Shown: positions 22,323 to 32,373 of the stretch, piece by piece
Layout of the letters: each line of letters opens with the position of its first letter
Numbering within the stretch: the first letter of the stretch is position 1
From: Pelagomonas calceolata
Taxonomy: Eukaryota
Direction of reading: 5' to 3'
Assembly (NCBI GenBank): GCA_918797485.1
Contig: CAKKNE010000001.1
Location: 1,798,001 to 1,862,000 of the forward strand
Length of the DNA: 64,000 bases
Notes under the pieces: model-generated
The model's database searches: none
What the model saw: the letters and a program-made list of their open reading frames with translations, nothing else
Told to the model about the DNA's origin: nothing
Made by a program: the position numbers and the translations under genes

Positions 22323-23651
22323 TTATGACCACCAATACCGAGCGAGCCGCCGCCGGGACCGCCGCCACCTCCTCAAGAGCCGCGACCCGCGGTTCCGGTT
22401 GTTGCTCATGCCGAGATGGTGCCCCAGCCCGCCCTTCCAGGGCGGCTCCGTGTCCCGCGACGGGTCCGTGAAGGCCCAGCCCAGGTTCAGCACGCAGCGC
22501 GTCACCCTTTGGTCCGCGTTCCCGCAGATCGCCTGGTCGACGCACCGTTTCCACTTCGGTCTCTGAACACTATTCATGAGACCTCTCGACACGGCGTAGC
22601 CGGCGCCGCCATAGACCCAGCTCCTTGCTACTGATGTCGTGGCGTTCCCCGTTGGATCTAGAGTGTACGGGTAGCCCGCGTCCACTCTCAGGCGTGTAGG
22701 TGAGGGTCGAATCGCGCAGCACTCGTGGTGCAAGTGACCACCGGCACAGACGCCGTCCTGCACCAGTTTTCCTGAACGCGCTTCGTAGTGTAGAGGTCGT
22801 CCCAGTTCCACGGGGCACGCCGTGTCCAAGGTAGAGCAGCAATCTATTTTCGGGGAAGAACGCTCCTCAGAAGGATAGCAGCCCGGCATGGCCGCGCCGC
22901 GTCGAGGGCCTCTCTGACCAACGAGCAAAGGCAAATGAGGATTCGACAACCGTTCCGACACTTGACCTAACGAGAATGTAGTATCGTCATCCCCCTGGAG
23001 CAGCCAATCGAACTTCGAACCCCACGTGTCGTTCGCGAACAACATCGCGATCAACGGCCGGTGCGCGCCGAGGTACCTGCGCGGAGCGTCGCGGTCTCGC
23101 GACGCGGTCCGAATGGCCTCAGAATCGAAAAAGAGACCACCCACTTCATTGTGAGATGGACACGAGTCGCGTCGATGGCGTGAAGGCGCCTCCACACGAC
23201 GGGACGCCGAGATATACTTGGCTCCATTCGTTTTGAAATCCACACCGCCTCGGCCCGGGTCGTCGGGGAAGCCTAGTATTCCCCTGGATACATCCGTCCT
23301 ATCGGAAGCGAAGACGTGGCGATGCTTCCCCAGATAGTGAGGAGTGAGGTACTTCTGCAACTGCTGCTCCCGTCTCTCGGAGGAGAAGCAGTGTAGGAGT
23401 ACGATGATGGGGACGTGGTTCTGTCGGTCTTTGAATTCTTCGCCGAACAGGGCCGGCCAGGCCTTCTCGAGATCAGGCGGCAGCACGACGCGCGGGCCGT
23501 GGAGCCGTCTCAGTTTTGCAGTTAGTGTACAGGCCTCCTCGAGCGTGCATTCCTCGGTCGCGGACGCGTTCGCGCGGCCCCGGAGCCAGGCGCGCACCTC
23601 CTGCGGGTCTGCGACGCAGCCGTGCAGCAGCAGGACTAGGAGGCAGCGCAT
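22323..23651 (-). CDS. Fringe/GT31-like glycosyltransferase; probable in-frame intron 23077-23217
   Basis: Signal/anchor peptide; FDWLLQGDDDTTF (DxD), YGGAGYAVSRGL, NADQRVTRC. The 141-nt GT-AG segment contains the introner core; its removal gives GAK|YLG. Confidence 0.7.
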   Translation of the reverse strand: MRCLLVLLLHGCVADPQEVRAWLRGRANASATEECTLEEACTLTAKLRRLHGPRVVLPPDLEKAWPALFGEEFKDRQNHVPIIVLLHCFSSERREQQLQKYLTPHYLGKHRHVFASDRTDVSRGILGFPDDPGRGGVDFKTNGAKYISASRRVEAPSRHRRDSCPSHNEVGGLFFDSEAIRTASRDRDAPRRYLGAHRPLIAMLFANDTWGSKFDWLLQGDDDTTFSLGQVSERLSNPHLPLLVGQRGPRRGAAMPGCYPSEERSSPKIDCCSTLDTACPVELGRPLHYEARSGKLVQDGVCAGGHLHHECCAIRPSPTRLRVDAGYPYTLDPTGNATTSVARSWVYGGAGYAVSRGLMNSVQRPKWKRCVDQAICGNADQRVTRCVLNLGWAFTDPSRDTEPPWKGGLGHHLGMSNNRNRGSRLLRRWRRSRRRLARYWWS

Positions 23652-24169
23652 CGGCGGCGTGAGGCAGCCCTAGCTGATGGCTGCAGGGCAGCCCGAGCAA
23701 CTGCGAAGCAACAAGAATTCACGGCCGACAGGCGAACGCCACCATCCTGCCACGAGCAGGATGCGTGCAGGCAGCCGACCAAAAAAAATGCCTCAGTGAT
23801 CAAAATGCGTCAAAACCCGAAAGACACGGACGGACTTGCCCCGCAGCGCCTTCCGGGCCCGAACGCGATGCGGCGACGCGCGCGACGCGTGGGCGCGGCC
23901 GCCGCGCACTCAGCCCCCACACGATTGCAGCGCTGTGGCCCAGACCAGGCGCCGAGCGCGGCCGGCACGCGTCCGCGGGCTGCCCGACGCGGACCACGCG
24001 CGTCCGCACACCACGGACGACACGCGGCACGCGCAGCACCCAGTGAATAGCGCACTACTGGCCAACTCTGAGGGTTAGCGCCAGGCTGCAGTGCCCGCGG
24101 ACGCGACGCGACGGCCGCGACTGCGTAGAACCACAGTTGAGCGCGCCACCGCGCCGCCGAATAGCTACG

Positions 24170-27100
24170 ATGCGGCCCGAGACGAAGCCGACGACGCGCC
24201 TCGGCCAGGAGCTGCGCACGACGGTGGCGCCGGCCTTTGGGCAAGAATCAAGGATGCTGGGCATCTTTATTCCCGGTCCCGACCTCTCGAAGTCGGGCGC
24301 CGACGCCTGGGCCAAAAGTCAACTAGATCCGATAGAAAAGGCTAGAAGGAAGGCTCGGAAAATAGAGAAGAGCCTCACGTCGGTCGGTAAAAGACCGTCA
24401 GATTTCGACACTAGAAGGTTTGTCAGGAAGGTCGCGACCGCAGCTAGTGTTCTTGAACACAAACCGGTGATAGGACGGACGTTCCTGAGCGATGACGATA
24501 TACCACAATTCTTGCAACGGAAGGTGAACTGTTCCCTGACGGCGGCGCAGGTCGGGGCTTTGCTGGATAAGGTACCTGAGTACTCTGATCCGAACAAGAC
24601 GAGTGATTGGCTGCTCGAGCACCAACCTGAATCTAGAGTTGTGGACGCGGTCTTTGCGGTCAACTTGATAACGTCGTTAGGAGAAGCGCACAACGGTGTC
24701 CAAACGGCGAATCGCATACGCGCCGATCTTAAAGACGCGGCCCTCGAGGCGAAGGTGCATAAAGCGGCGCGACCGAAGTCTGCGCCGAACCGCGTGCGGC
24801 CGCCCGTCGTCGGCCAGTGCACCACGGCGTTCATGCGGTTGCTCGACTCGCCCTCCAAGAAGAAGACTGAACCTACCATAAGTTTTGGCGTCGCCGCGAA
24901 GCTACTGACAAAAATGAAGAAGACCCGTCCTAAAAGTGCGCGGGGCTGGGGTTCGAGGGATGCTCGTCCATCTGCATATGCGAGAGATATAGCCGGCTGG
25001 TCCATCAAGGCTGTCAAGAGACCGAAGTCAGCGTTGCCGAAGCGCAGCGCCCATGCCCGCTTGAACAACCTGGTGGCCGGGGCGCACATTATTGATCTCG
25101 GAGGCCCTCGGAGACGCACGGAACTCCCGCCGGCACCTTTACCTTCACCTGTCAGGATGCGAGACCTACCGCAAAAACCCCTCGAGGCACACGATGCCGG
25201 CATCGCCAAGCTCCAAGCCATCGCATTACGCCACGAGCGCCACGCCATCGACCGGCTGGACGGGTGTGACATACAAGATCTGGCTTCTTTCGTTGAGAAA
25301 CGATTTCACGTCCACCTGACCAAAGCAGAGGCTTCCGCGATCCAAGGTCTAGCGCGGGACGGTGTCGCGCTCCAAGCTACTTTGCGAGAGTTGGCCACGA
25401 TCGGCTGCCGGCGCTCGCCACGCGTGTTGCTGTCCGGTTTATTAGCTGCTGTTCCTCTAGCACCGGGTGCCAATGAATCATTAGTAGCATTAGGTGGAGA
25501 TCTAGCAGCAAAGGCCTCGCAAGGGTCAGGCCACGCCCAGGATAGGTTGGAGAAGCTCGAGCGGGCCTGTGCGTGGGCCGCCCGTCGTATTGAGCTGTAT
25601 CCGGACGACGAGTCGATAGCCTTTGGGCTGAAAAGATTACAAAAATTAGTAAGGGCGGAGCTCGAACGTAGGCACGTTACCAAGAAGAAAGTGAAAACAT
25701 TGAGACATACCGTGTCCAACAAACCCGCGGACAAGCCTAAACTCGTCAGGAGGGAGTCGAATCTCACAAAACTAAAAAATCAATTAAATGATGCGCATGA
25801 AAGACAAGCTCAACAGCAAGTATTGTCGAAGTTCACGGAGAACCACAGGGTGAGGGAGCACCAGGTGTTCAAGGACGTCCAGGCTCGGAGTCATCGCGCG
25901 CGAGCTACGATGAATGCAGCCGAATTTGCCAGCATGATCCATAGAGATTTAGCGTCGCAGGCGGCGTCGGCCTTCGCCGTGGCGAAGAGTCCCGTTTCTC
26001 AGAAGGACGAGGATGAGTTACATGAGGAGCGGCTGCACCGGATGACGCGCGCGGGCTCGCCCTGTTCGTCCGGGGACGAGGGCTCGCCCCAGGCGTCTCC
26101 AGTGAAGCCCGTGCAAAAGGTCACGGAAGTGAAGGCTCCGTCGAACCCTACGACGCCGCGGCGGCGGCCGTCGCGTCGCACATCGTTACCGACGACGCCC
26201 TCGCAGCGGGGCCCCTTCGGCGCCGTCGCGACCCAATTAGCGGCAGAGGTCATCAACAATTGCGTGCGGAGCTTCGTGTATCGTTGTTTGAGAAAGAAGA
26301 TGGCGCGGGCCCAACACGAGTGGAAGCGCTGGATGGAGCAGCGCGCCCATCGCATGCTGGCAAGAGCCGCGCGGACCTGGGCCGCGAAAGCAAGGATGCG
26401 GAAGCGGTATCTGCGGGTGCAGGCCCAGTTGTTCGACCAGTCGAGGTCGATCATCGAGCGACTCATACTGCGCAAGGTGCGGAAGATGAGGGCCCTCAAG
26501 GCTGGTTTAACTGGGGCGGCCTACGCCATGGCCGTCGGTTCTATTTTTGATAAAGATCCCCTGTCCGAGGAGGAGGCTGCTGTGAGATTGCAGAAGCGTT
26601 TTAGGGCGATTGATGCTCGGGCTCGGTCGATGACCTTGCAACACGCGCGCGAAGCTACTAGATGCATCCGAGTGGAGGTCGTGAAGGCGCGCGGGCTGCG
26701 CGTCGCTGATGCTCGACGCCTGAACCAGGCCGACCACCACACGTTCATCGGCGGGGCCGCGGATCCGAGATGTTACGTTTCTGCACAGTTAGGTAACAGG
26801 GGAGGCTTCGGTCCTAGTAATGCCGGCGCTCCCGAAGAAGCCAAGGAAAGAATAGAGCGCCAGTACGACATCTTACTGAAGCGGCACCAAGCTCTGGACG
26901 AGCAGCACGTCCGCGACGACGGTGTGGAAAAACGAAAGTATCTCGATGCGCTAGACAAGCTCAAGGAGAGCTCGGAGGAGAAGAATAGAGAAGCCATAGC
27001 GTCGCGCGCGGCCAATCTGAGTAGCGTCATGGACAAGGCCTGCCTCCTCAAAATGCGGCGGAACACGATGCCGTTCTGGATGCCGTCCATCGTGCGCGCG

Positions 27101-28111
27101 CGGGACTGGGGCAAGTTCGCCGCCTATCCGTCAAGATACCCCCTATTCCGGGCCAAGACGAAGGTGATCCAGAAGACGCTGGACCCGACGTGGAACGCCC
27201 AATTTGACGTCCATGGGGTGGACCCCGACTCCACGGTCACGTTCACGGTAGCTGACGTGGACGATCCGACGTCGCCTCAGTCCGCCGACGATCGCGACGA
27301 CTTCCTCGGGCAAGTCACCGTGCAACTGAACGCGCTGCGGCACGCCGACTTTCTAGCTCAAATGACCTACGAGGCCGAGCGGCGGGCCAAGCTGAAGGCC
27401 AAGGCGGGCCGACGGCCTTCTAAAACAAAGACGCGCCTCCAGGCCGACGGCGCGTTGCTCGTCATGGATGCTCGGGCAAGGCTAGGTCCGAACCTCGTTC
27501 CGGTCTCGAAAGTAGTCAATGAGAAGGTGAACCACGTGGCGTTCGACGACGTCCACGTCGAGGCGACGGGCGCCGTGTATTATAGGATCTGGGCGGCGCC
27601 TCGAGCTAGATCGATCTGCGGGCACTTGGAGGTGAAGGTGCAACGAGGTTTTGTGGTCAGTTTCTGGAAACCGGTCTGGGCGTGCCTGGCGTTTAACAGG
27701 CTGACGCTGCGGGACCATCGCGGGGACGAACATTTGCGGTTGGACTTGCCTTTACGTCATCTCGAGGCCGTGGAAGTGCACTCGCCGGAGACGGCGGAAA
27801 GTATAGGGGATACGTTTTCCTTGGTCCTTGGAGGTGGGAAGCGTCATGACTTGCGGGTCGGTGATCTCGGAACACCTTTGAGGGATGTGGAGCACCAGGC
27901 CTGGGTGCGGCGGTTGCGGCGATGCGCGCCTAGAATACCAACAAATGAATTCGCGGACAGCGCGTGCCCGTTCCTGGAATATACGGAGACGCGGAAAAAC
28001 GACGGCGGGGTTGCCGCGAGGCGGGCCTCCATGCAGCGGCGGGCCGTCGCGCCGGGGAAGGGCGTCGATCCCCTTGCTGGGTTGGGGGATTTTTTGGCGA
28101 TGAATGGGTAA
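24170..28111 (+). CDS. Large protein with RPKSA repeats, IQ-like segments, a split C2 domain and a C-terminal PH domain
   Basis: C2: IRVEVVKARGL..ADP, then an insertion, then KTKVIQKTLDPTWN..DDFLGQV. PH: CGHLEVK..WKPVWACL..QAWVRRLRR. First ATG at 24170. Confidence 0.75.
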   Translation: MRPETKPTTRLGQELRTTVAPAFGQESRMLGIFIPGPDLSKSGADAWAKSQLDPIEKARRKARKIEKSLTSVGKRPSDFDTRRFVRKVATAASVLEHKPVIGRTFLSDDDIPQFLQRKVNCSLTAAQVGALLDKVPEYSDPNKTSDWLLEHQPESRVVDAVFAVNLITSLGEAHNGVQTANRIRADLKDAALEAKVHKAARPKSAPNRVRPPVVGQCTTAFMRLLDSPSKKKTEPTISFGVAAKLLTKMKKTRPKSARGWGSRDARPSAYARDIAGWSIKAVKRPKSALPKRSAHARLNNLVAGAHIIDLGGPRRRTELPPAPLPSPVRMRDLPQKPLEAHDAGIAKLQAIALRHERHAIDRLDGCDIQDLASFVEKRFHVHLTKAEASAIQGLARDGVALQATLRELATIGCRRSPRVLLSGLLAAVPLAPGANESLVALGGDLAAKASQGSGHAQDRLEKLERACAWAARRIELYPDDESIAFGLKRLQKLVRAELERRHVTKKKVKTLRHTVSNKPADKPKLVRRESNLTKLKNQLNDAHERQAQQQVLSKFTENHRVREHQVFKDVQARSHRARATMNAAEFASMIHRDLASQAASAFAVAKSPVSQKDEDELHEERLHRMTRAGSPCSSGDEGSPQASPVKPVQKVTEVKAPSNPTTPRRRPSRRTSLPTTPSQRGPFGAVATQLAAEVINNCVRSFVYRCLRKKMARAQHEWKRWMEQRAHRMLARAARTWAAKARMRKRYLRVQAQLFDQSRSIIERLILRKVRKMRALKAGLTGAAYAMAVGSIFDKDPLSEEEAAVRLQKRFRAIDARARSMTLQHAREATRCIRVEVVKARGLRVADARRLNQADHHTFIGGAADPRCYVSAQLGNRGGFGPSNAGAPEEAKERIERQYDILLKRHQALDEQHVRDDGVEKRKYLDALDKLKESSEEKNREAIASRAANLSSVMDKACLLKMRRNTMPFWMPSIVRARDWGKFAAYPSRYPLFRAKTKVIQKTLDPTWNAQFDVHGVDPDSTVTFTVADVDDPTSPQSADDRDDFLGQVTVQLNALRHADFLAQMTYEAERRAKLKAKAGRRPSKTKTRLQADGALLVMDARARLGPNLVPVSKVVNEKVNHVAFDDVHVEATGAVYYRIWAAPRARSICGHLEVKVQRGFVVSFWKPVWACLAFNRLTLRDHRGDEHLRLDLPLRHLEAVEVHSPETAESIGDTFSLVLGGGKRHDLRVGDLGTPLRDVEHQAWVRRLRRCAPRIPTNEFADSACPFLEYTETRKNDGGVAARRASMQRRAVAPGKGVDPLAGLGDFLAMNG

Positions 28112-28139
28112 TGTGGTCCACTCTAGTTATGTTCAAGTT

Positions 28140-28580
28140 CGGAGCTCTCTAGGCGACCCGCTCTATCATATCAGTTTACAACATCAAACGACATACTTAT
28201 TGCGGCGCTTCCTCGATTTCGATTCGCAGTGCAATAGAGACGTCGTCCGGCTTACGTGCCCCGCCGCGCGGGTGCTACCGCCAATAAAGTAAAGGCGGCA
28301 CGGGGCAGTCTATCTTCATTCCTGACCTCATGTCGCGGATAGCCGACAATCCGAGTGAGGGCATAAGCATACAGGGAAGAGCAAGCGCCGTCGGCATAGA
28401 AAAAAGCCGGGCGCAGAGGTCCAGTCGTACCGTCAGTCGCGTCCAGAATTCGGAAAAGGGGCTCGGCGCATATTCGCACATAGGCAAGGAAATATTGCCT
28501 TGGCTGCGGGCCGAGCGACAACGACAGGCAAATAGGAATTGACAGGATCCCTGGAAATAGTATAGCGGGCAAAATCGTGT
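28140..28580 (-). mobile_element. Possible decayed tyrosine-recombinase fragment (DIRS/Ngaro-like)
   Basis: AT-richer block. Across frameshifts the minus strand gives YFLAY..EPLFRILD..GPL, then IGGSTRAA, then SFDVVN*YDRA, loosely matching the C-terminal half of retrotransposon tyrosine recombinases. Confidence 0.3.
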
Positions 28581-28745
28581 TTTGTGAAAAGAGTCGGGCG
28601 TGAGCAGGGCGTCAGCGTGGGTGGCGGTTCGGGAGTCAGTCTCTGTGGCGTCGGATCGTCCCCGTTACAGATAGAAGCAGCGTCGAGTTTTGTGGAGCAG
28701 GGCGTCGGCGCGGTGGAAAACATGGCCAACGCGGCGGGCGCGCAC

Positions 28746-31700
28746 CTAGGTCGTCGCAGCAGCGAACACGGCATCAAACATGCCACGCTCCTCCAAACGA
28801 AGTCGGCGGAGGTGCGCGACCAAATCAGCAGTCGGACCGGTTGCCGCTCGACGTTCTAGGTCTGCCGAGGCGGCCGAGGCGATAGTCCCCACATGCGCGA
28901 CGTACGACGCCAGAGCGCTCTGGAAGTAAGGCCCCTCCATGATTTGGTCGTCAACGAGCAGCTCCCGGCCGCGTGGCTCGACAAGCGCTAACGCGTGATC
29001 AAGCCCCTCGCGACGCACACCATTTACAAAAAAGTTTCGGTCATTGTTGACGGCCTGGGAAACCCACGACGCAAGGTCCTCGGCGACGGCTTGAGACGCC
29101 GCCGCGTGAACAGTAGAGACGGCGCCCTCGACGAAGGCGTCTGCGGCCCCGGGTGTCGGTCCCGCATACGCAGCGCGAGCATTATCTCTGGCCTCGACCC
29201 GCACGCGCGCGGGACCGTCAGCGCCAGCGCGAGACAGGGCGACAGCGCGGGCACGCCATGTGTCTAAGGTGGCCTGGGCAGCGGCCACGCCCTGGTCACG
29301 GGCGATGGCCTCAGGCGTCGGCGCGGCAGGCGGCTCGGCGGCGGCAGGCGTCGCGGCGGGCGTCGGCACGGCGGGCGTCGGGCCGGCAGGCGTCCCGAGG
29401 AAGGGCGGCGGCGCGTCGGCACCTCTCCGCGCGCGCCGAGGCGCGCCGCGCCTCGGCGCGGCGACGGGCTGCCCGTCGCCGGGCAGGAGCGCCAGCGTGT
29501 CGGGCGTCGGGCCGGCCGGCGTCGACGCAGGAGCGCGTCCCGGCGTCAACCGCAAGAGATCGTCCACGTCGGCGACGGCCGGGTTGAAATGGTGGTAGAC
29601 GTGCACGCCGCGATCCTTGATAAAGCCGTAGTTGTTGAGCTGGCGCTGGAACGAGGAGTACTTGTCCGTGCTGAGGTTGCGCCGCAGGACCTCCTCAATT
29701 CGATCCCGTTGGTGGACGACGATCCTTTTCCTTGCGGCGTCCCAGGAGAGGACGCCCGAGTGCTGCGTTACCATGGCGTGTAGGGCCGTGGGGAACCTCG
29801 GCGCGCCGGGCGTCGGCGCGGCCGGCGTCGGCGCGGCGGGCGTCGGCGCGGCGGGCGTCGGCGCGGGCGTCGATCTGGTGCGACTATACATCAGCCGCAA
29901 AAAGTCGGCGGCGTCGGAGACGGTTTCATTGGAATTTTTGAAGACGACCACGCCGCCGCCCCATGGCTGAGAGTTGCTCCAGGTGGTAAGCTCGACATTT
30001 CGGTAGAAGCCGTAGAAGTTGAGCTGGCGATAGAACGTGGCCCACGAGTCCGAGATGGGGTAGAGCCGCAGGACGGTCTCGATTCGATCTCGTCGAATGA
30101 AGAGCGCCCGCCTCGCGGCGTTCCACCAGATCACGTTGGAGTGCAGCTCCGGGTACTCCGTCACCATGGTGTGGAGGACCGTGAGGAACAGGGGTGCGGC
30201 TCGCGCGGACCGTGAGGAACAGGGGTGCGGCTCGCGCCGCTGCTCGCGCTCGCGCCGCTGCTGGCGCCGCCGCTCGCTCTGCTCGCGCTGCTCGCGCGCG
30301 CGCCGCTCGCGCTCCTCCTCCGTGCGCACCGATATAACCGGTAGCCCTCGCGCGGCCCGCGTCGCCGCGCGTCGCTCCTGCGAATCCATCGTCCAGCCCG
30401 CCGGCACGAGGATGTTGCCCTGCCGTGGGTCGGCGACGCGGCCTCCGCCGCCCTCCGCGATGCGGTTGACGTTGAAGATGCGCAACGGGAAACGCGCGAA
30501 GACGTCGTCGAGGCCGCCCTGCTCGAGAGGCAGAAGGACCTTGCGGTAGAAGTGCTGCCGAGTCTCCCTGGGCAGGCTCAGCACGACGGCCTGGGGCTCG
30601 ATGACGTCGCAGATGTGGAAGGCGGCATGGAGGAGGTCCCGGCACTTCGCCTGGCACTCCCTAAACCACACGCGCCAGCGAGCCGTCTTCCCGCCGTATT
30701 TCACTTCATCATGATGCTTACGGCCGCGTGTCGCAAGGAATTTCTTCGCCGCTTCTTTCACAGCGGCAGCATTACCACTAGTGATGGCGTCGCGGAGCTC
30801 CTGGCCGTGGCGCCTCCAGACGTCCTTGTCGACGAGGTGGCTGCCGACGTAGAAGTTGCGGAACCAGGGCGCAGCGATCTTGTAATAGATGCCACAGTGC
30901 GCGCCCGCCTCGTCGACGCGGCCATCGTCGTCGCTCTCGAGCTGTTCGGTCGCCACGTCCGTGATCGTGCGCTGCACGTCCCGTGTCAGATCGAAGATCG
31001 TCGGCGTCGCGCGCGTCGCCGACGTACACCTCGCAAATGTAAGGCATTTGATGTTGAGGGTCAGCCCAAGATCGCGGACTTTTTGTTCGAGCGGGTCGAC
31101 GATGGCTTCGAGAGTATAACCACACCAGTAGTCGTCGTCGACGATGACGAGCGTGTCGGTGGTCCGACTGATCTCAATGAGCTCCTCTTCGTCGACGGCG
31201 AGCTTGCCCTCGTGCCAACGACGCCTGGCAGGGATGTCGTCGCTCGGCGCCTTCTCACGGGGCTCCTCGAGAAGGGGTCGAAAGATGACCCTGTCGGCCA
31301 TGCGCGCGTTCGGTACCAGCCGCACGACGGCGTCGGCTAGGTCCCAAACCCTGTCGCCGGCCTCAGCCCTAAGCCTGTTGTGATGAATAGCGGGGATCAC
31401 TGCCGCCCCGCGCATCCAATCGGCACGCAGAGCGGCCCCGGCGAGCAGACCTTGCGTGGTCCTCGTGATGTCCTCCCTCTTAGCCTTAAAATACTGCCAG
31501 AAGGCGCCGTCGATGCCGGCGTTAACAACGATATCAACTAAGAACCACGTCTCCGTCGCCCGAGTTGCGTCACGTCGAAGTTCGTGGCCGTGCATGCCTT
31601 CGGGAGGGGTGCTCGACGCGTTGGACGCGTTTCTAGCGGCCCTCGACCCGAAGTCGGTCAGAGCATGCACGTCTCGTTGCATCGGACCAGGTACTCGAAG

Positions 31701-32366
31701 AACCCCGTCCATGAGCTCGGCGTTCGCCTCGAGGAACTCGTCCGCAGGCGCGACGGCGAGCTGCCCGTCGCCGGGCAGGAGCGCTAGCGCGTCGGGCATG
31801 GGGCCAGCAGGCGCCCCGTGGAAGGGCGGCGGCGCGTCGGCATCTCTCCGCGCGCGCCTCGGCGCGCCGAGCTGCTGCTCGTCGTCCATGTCGTAGGCGG
31901 GAGGCGGCTCCTCGTCGAGATCGAAGCCCATGACGTCGTAGGCGGGAGGCGGCTCCTCGTCGAGATCGAAGCCCTCGGCGTCCGAGACGCCCGCGCTGAG
32001 GTCCGAGCCCGAGGCTCTTTCGTTCATCACGTAGTCGGCACCGGCGGGATCGGCCTCGTCGCGGCTCTGGAGGCCGTCGGAGTCGTGGTCGTAGGGGTCG
32101 CCGGCGTCGCCATGACGCGCCGTGCCGGGCCCCCAGCCAGGGCCAAGCACGGCGACGAGCGCAGCACCAGGCGGAGGCGGCCCGTGCGCAGCATCCAACG
32201 CAAGGTCTCCGTCGTCCCTCTCCCCGACTCGACGCCGTGGTGGACGGGGTGGCGTCGTCCCATGTACTCGGCGGCGGCGACGTCCCACGACGACCGCTCC
32301 TGCCGCGAGGCCGCCGACGCCGACCGCCGTCGCGACGGCTGGTGCGCCCAGGGCATCCAACAACAT
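28746..32366 (-). CDS. Chimeric protein: ComF-like phosphoribosyltransferase, GIY-YIG endonuclease and two HSF-type DNA-binding domains; probably extends upstream via introns
   Basis: PRTase VIPAIHH..LVIVDDDYWCGYTL..LTFAR; GIY-YIG GIYYKIAAPWFRNFYVGS..LEQGGLD..FNVNRIA; HSF domains FLTVLHTMV..WATFYRQLNFYGF and FPTALHAMV..YSSFQRQLNNYGF. Confidence 0.75.
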   Translation of the reverse strand: MLLDALGAPAVATAVGVGGLAAGAVVVGRRRRRVHGTTPPRPPRRRVGERDDGDLALDAAHGPPPPGAALVAVLGPGWGPGTARHGDAGDPYDHDSDGLQSRDEADPAGADYVMNERASGSDLSAGVSDAEGFDLDEEPPPAYDVMGFDLDEEPPPAYDMDDEQQLGAPRRARRDADAPPPFHGAPAGPMPDALALLPGDGQLAVAPADEFLEANAELMDGVLRVPGPMQRDVHALTDFGSRAARNASNASSTPPEGMHGHELRRDATRATETWFLVDIVVNAGIDGAFWQYFKAKREDITRTTQGLLAGAALRADWMRGAAVIPAIHHNRLRAEAGDRVWDLADAVVRLVPNARMADRVIFRPLLEEPREKAPSDDIPARRRWHEGKLAVDEEELIEISRTTDTLVIVDDDYWCGYTLEAIVDPLEQKVRDLGLTLNIKCLTFARCTSATRATPTIFDLTRDVQRTITDVATEQLESDDDGRVDEAGAHCGIYYKIAAPWFRNFYVGSHLVDKDVWRRHGQELRDAITSGNAAAVKEAAKKFLATRGRKHHDEVKYGGKTARWRVWFRECQAKCRDLLHAAFHICDVIEPQAVVLSLPRETRQHFYRKVLLPLEQGGLDDVFARFPLRIFNVNRIAEGGGGRVADPRQGNILVPAGWTMDSQERRAATRAARGLPVISVRTEEERERRAREQREQSERRRQQRREREQRREPHPCSSRSARAAPLFLTVLHTMVTEYPELHSNVIWWNAARRALFIRRDRIETVLRLYPISDSWATFYRQLNFYGFYRNVELTTWSNSQPWGGGVVVFKNSNETVSDAADFLRLMYSRTRSTPAPTPAAPTPAAPTPAAPTPGAPRFPTALHAMVTQHSGVLSWDAARKRIVVHQRDRIEEVLRRNLSTDKYSSFQRQLNNYGFIKDRGVHVYHHFNPAVADVDDLLRLTPGRAPASTPAGPTPDTLALLPGDGQPVAAPRRGAPRRARRGADAPPPFLGTPAGPTPAVPTPAATPAAAEPPAAPTPEAIARDQGVAAAQATLDTWRARAVALSRAGADGPARVRVEARDNARAAYAGPTPGAADAFVEGAVSTVHAAASQAVAEDLASWVSQAVNNDRNFFVNGVRREGLDHALALVEPRGRELLVDDQIMEGPYFQSALASYVAHVGTIASAASADLERRAATGPTADLVAHLRRLRLEERGMFDAVFAAATT

Positions 32367-32373
32367 CTGGCTC

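Noticed and set aside
28746..32366. Penelope-like retroelement interpretation of the GIY-YIG ORF
   Set aside because: No reverse transcriptase motifs in the ORF and no pseudo-LTRs seen.
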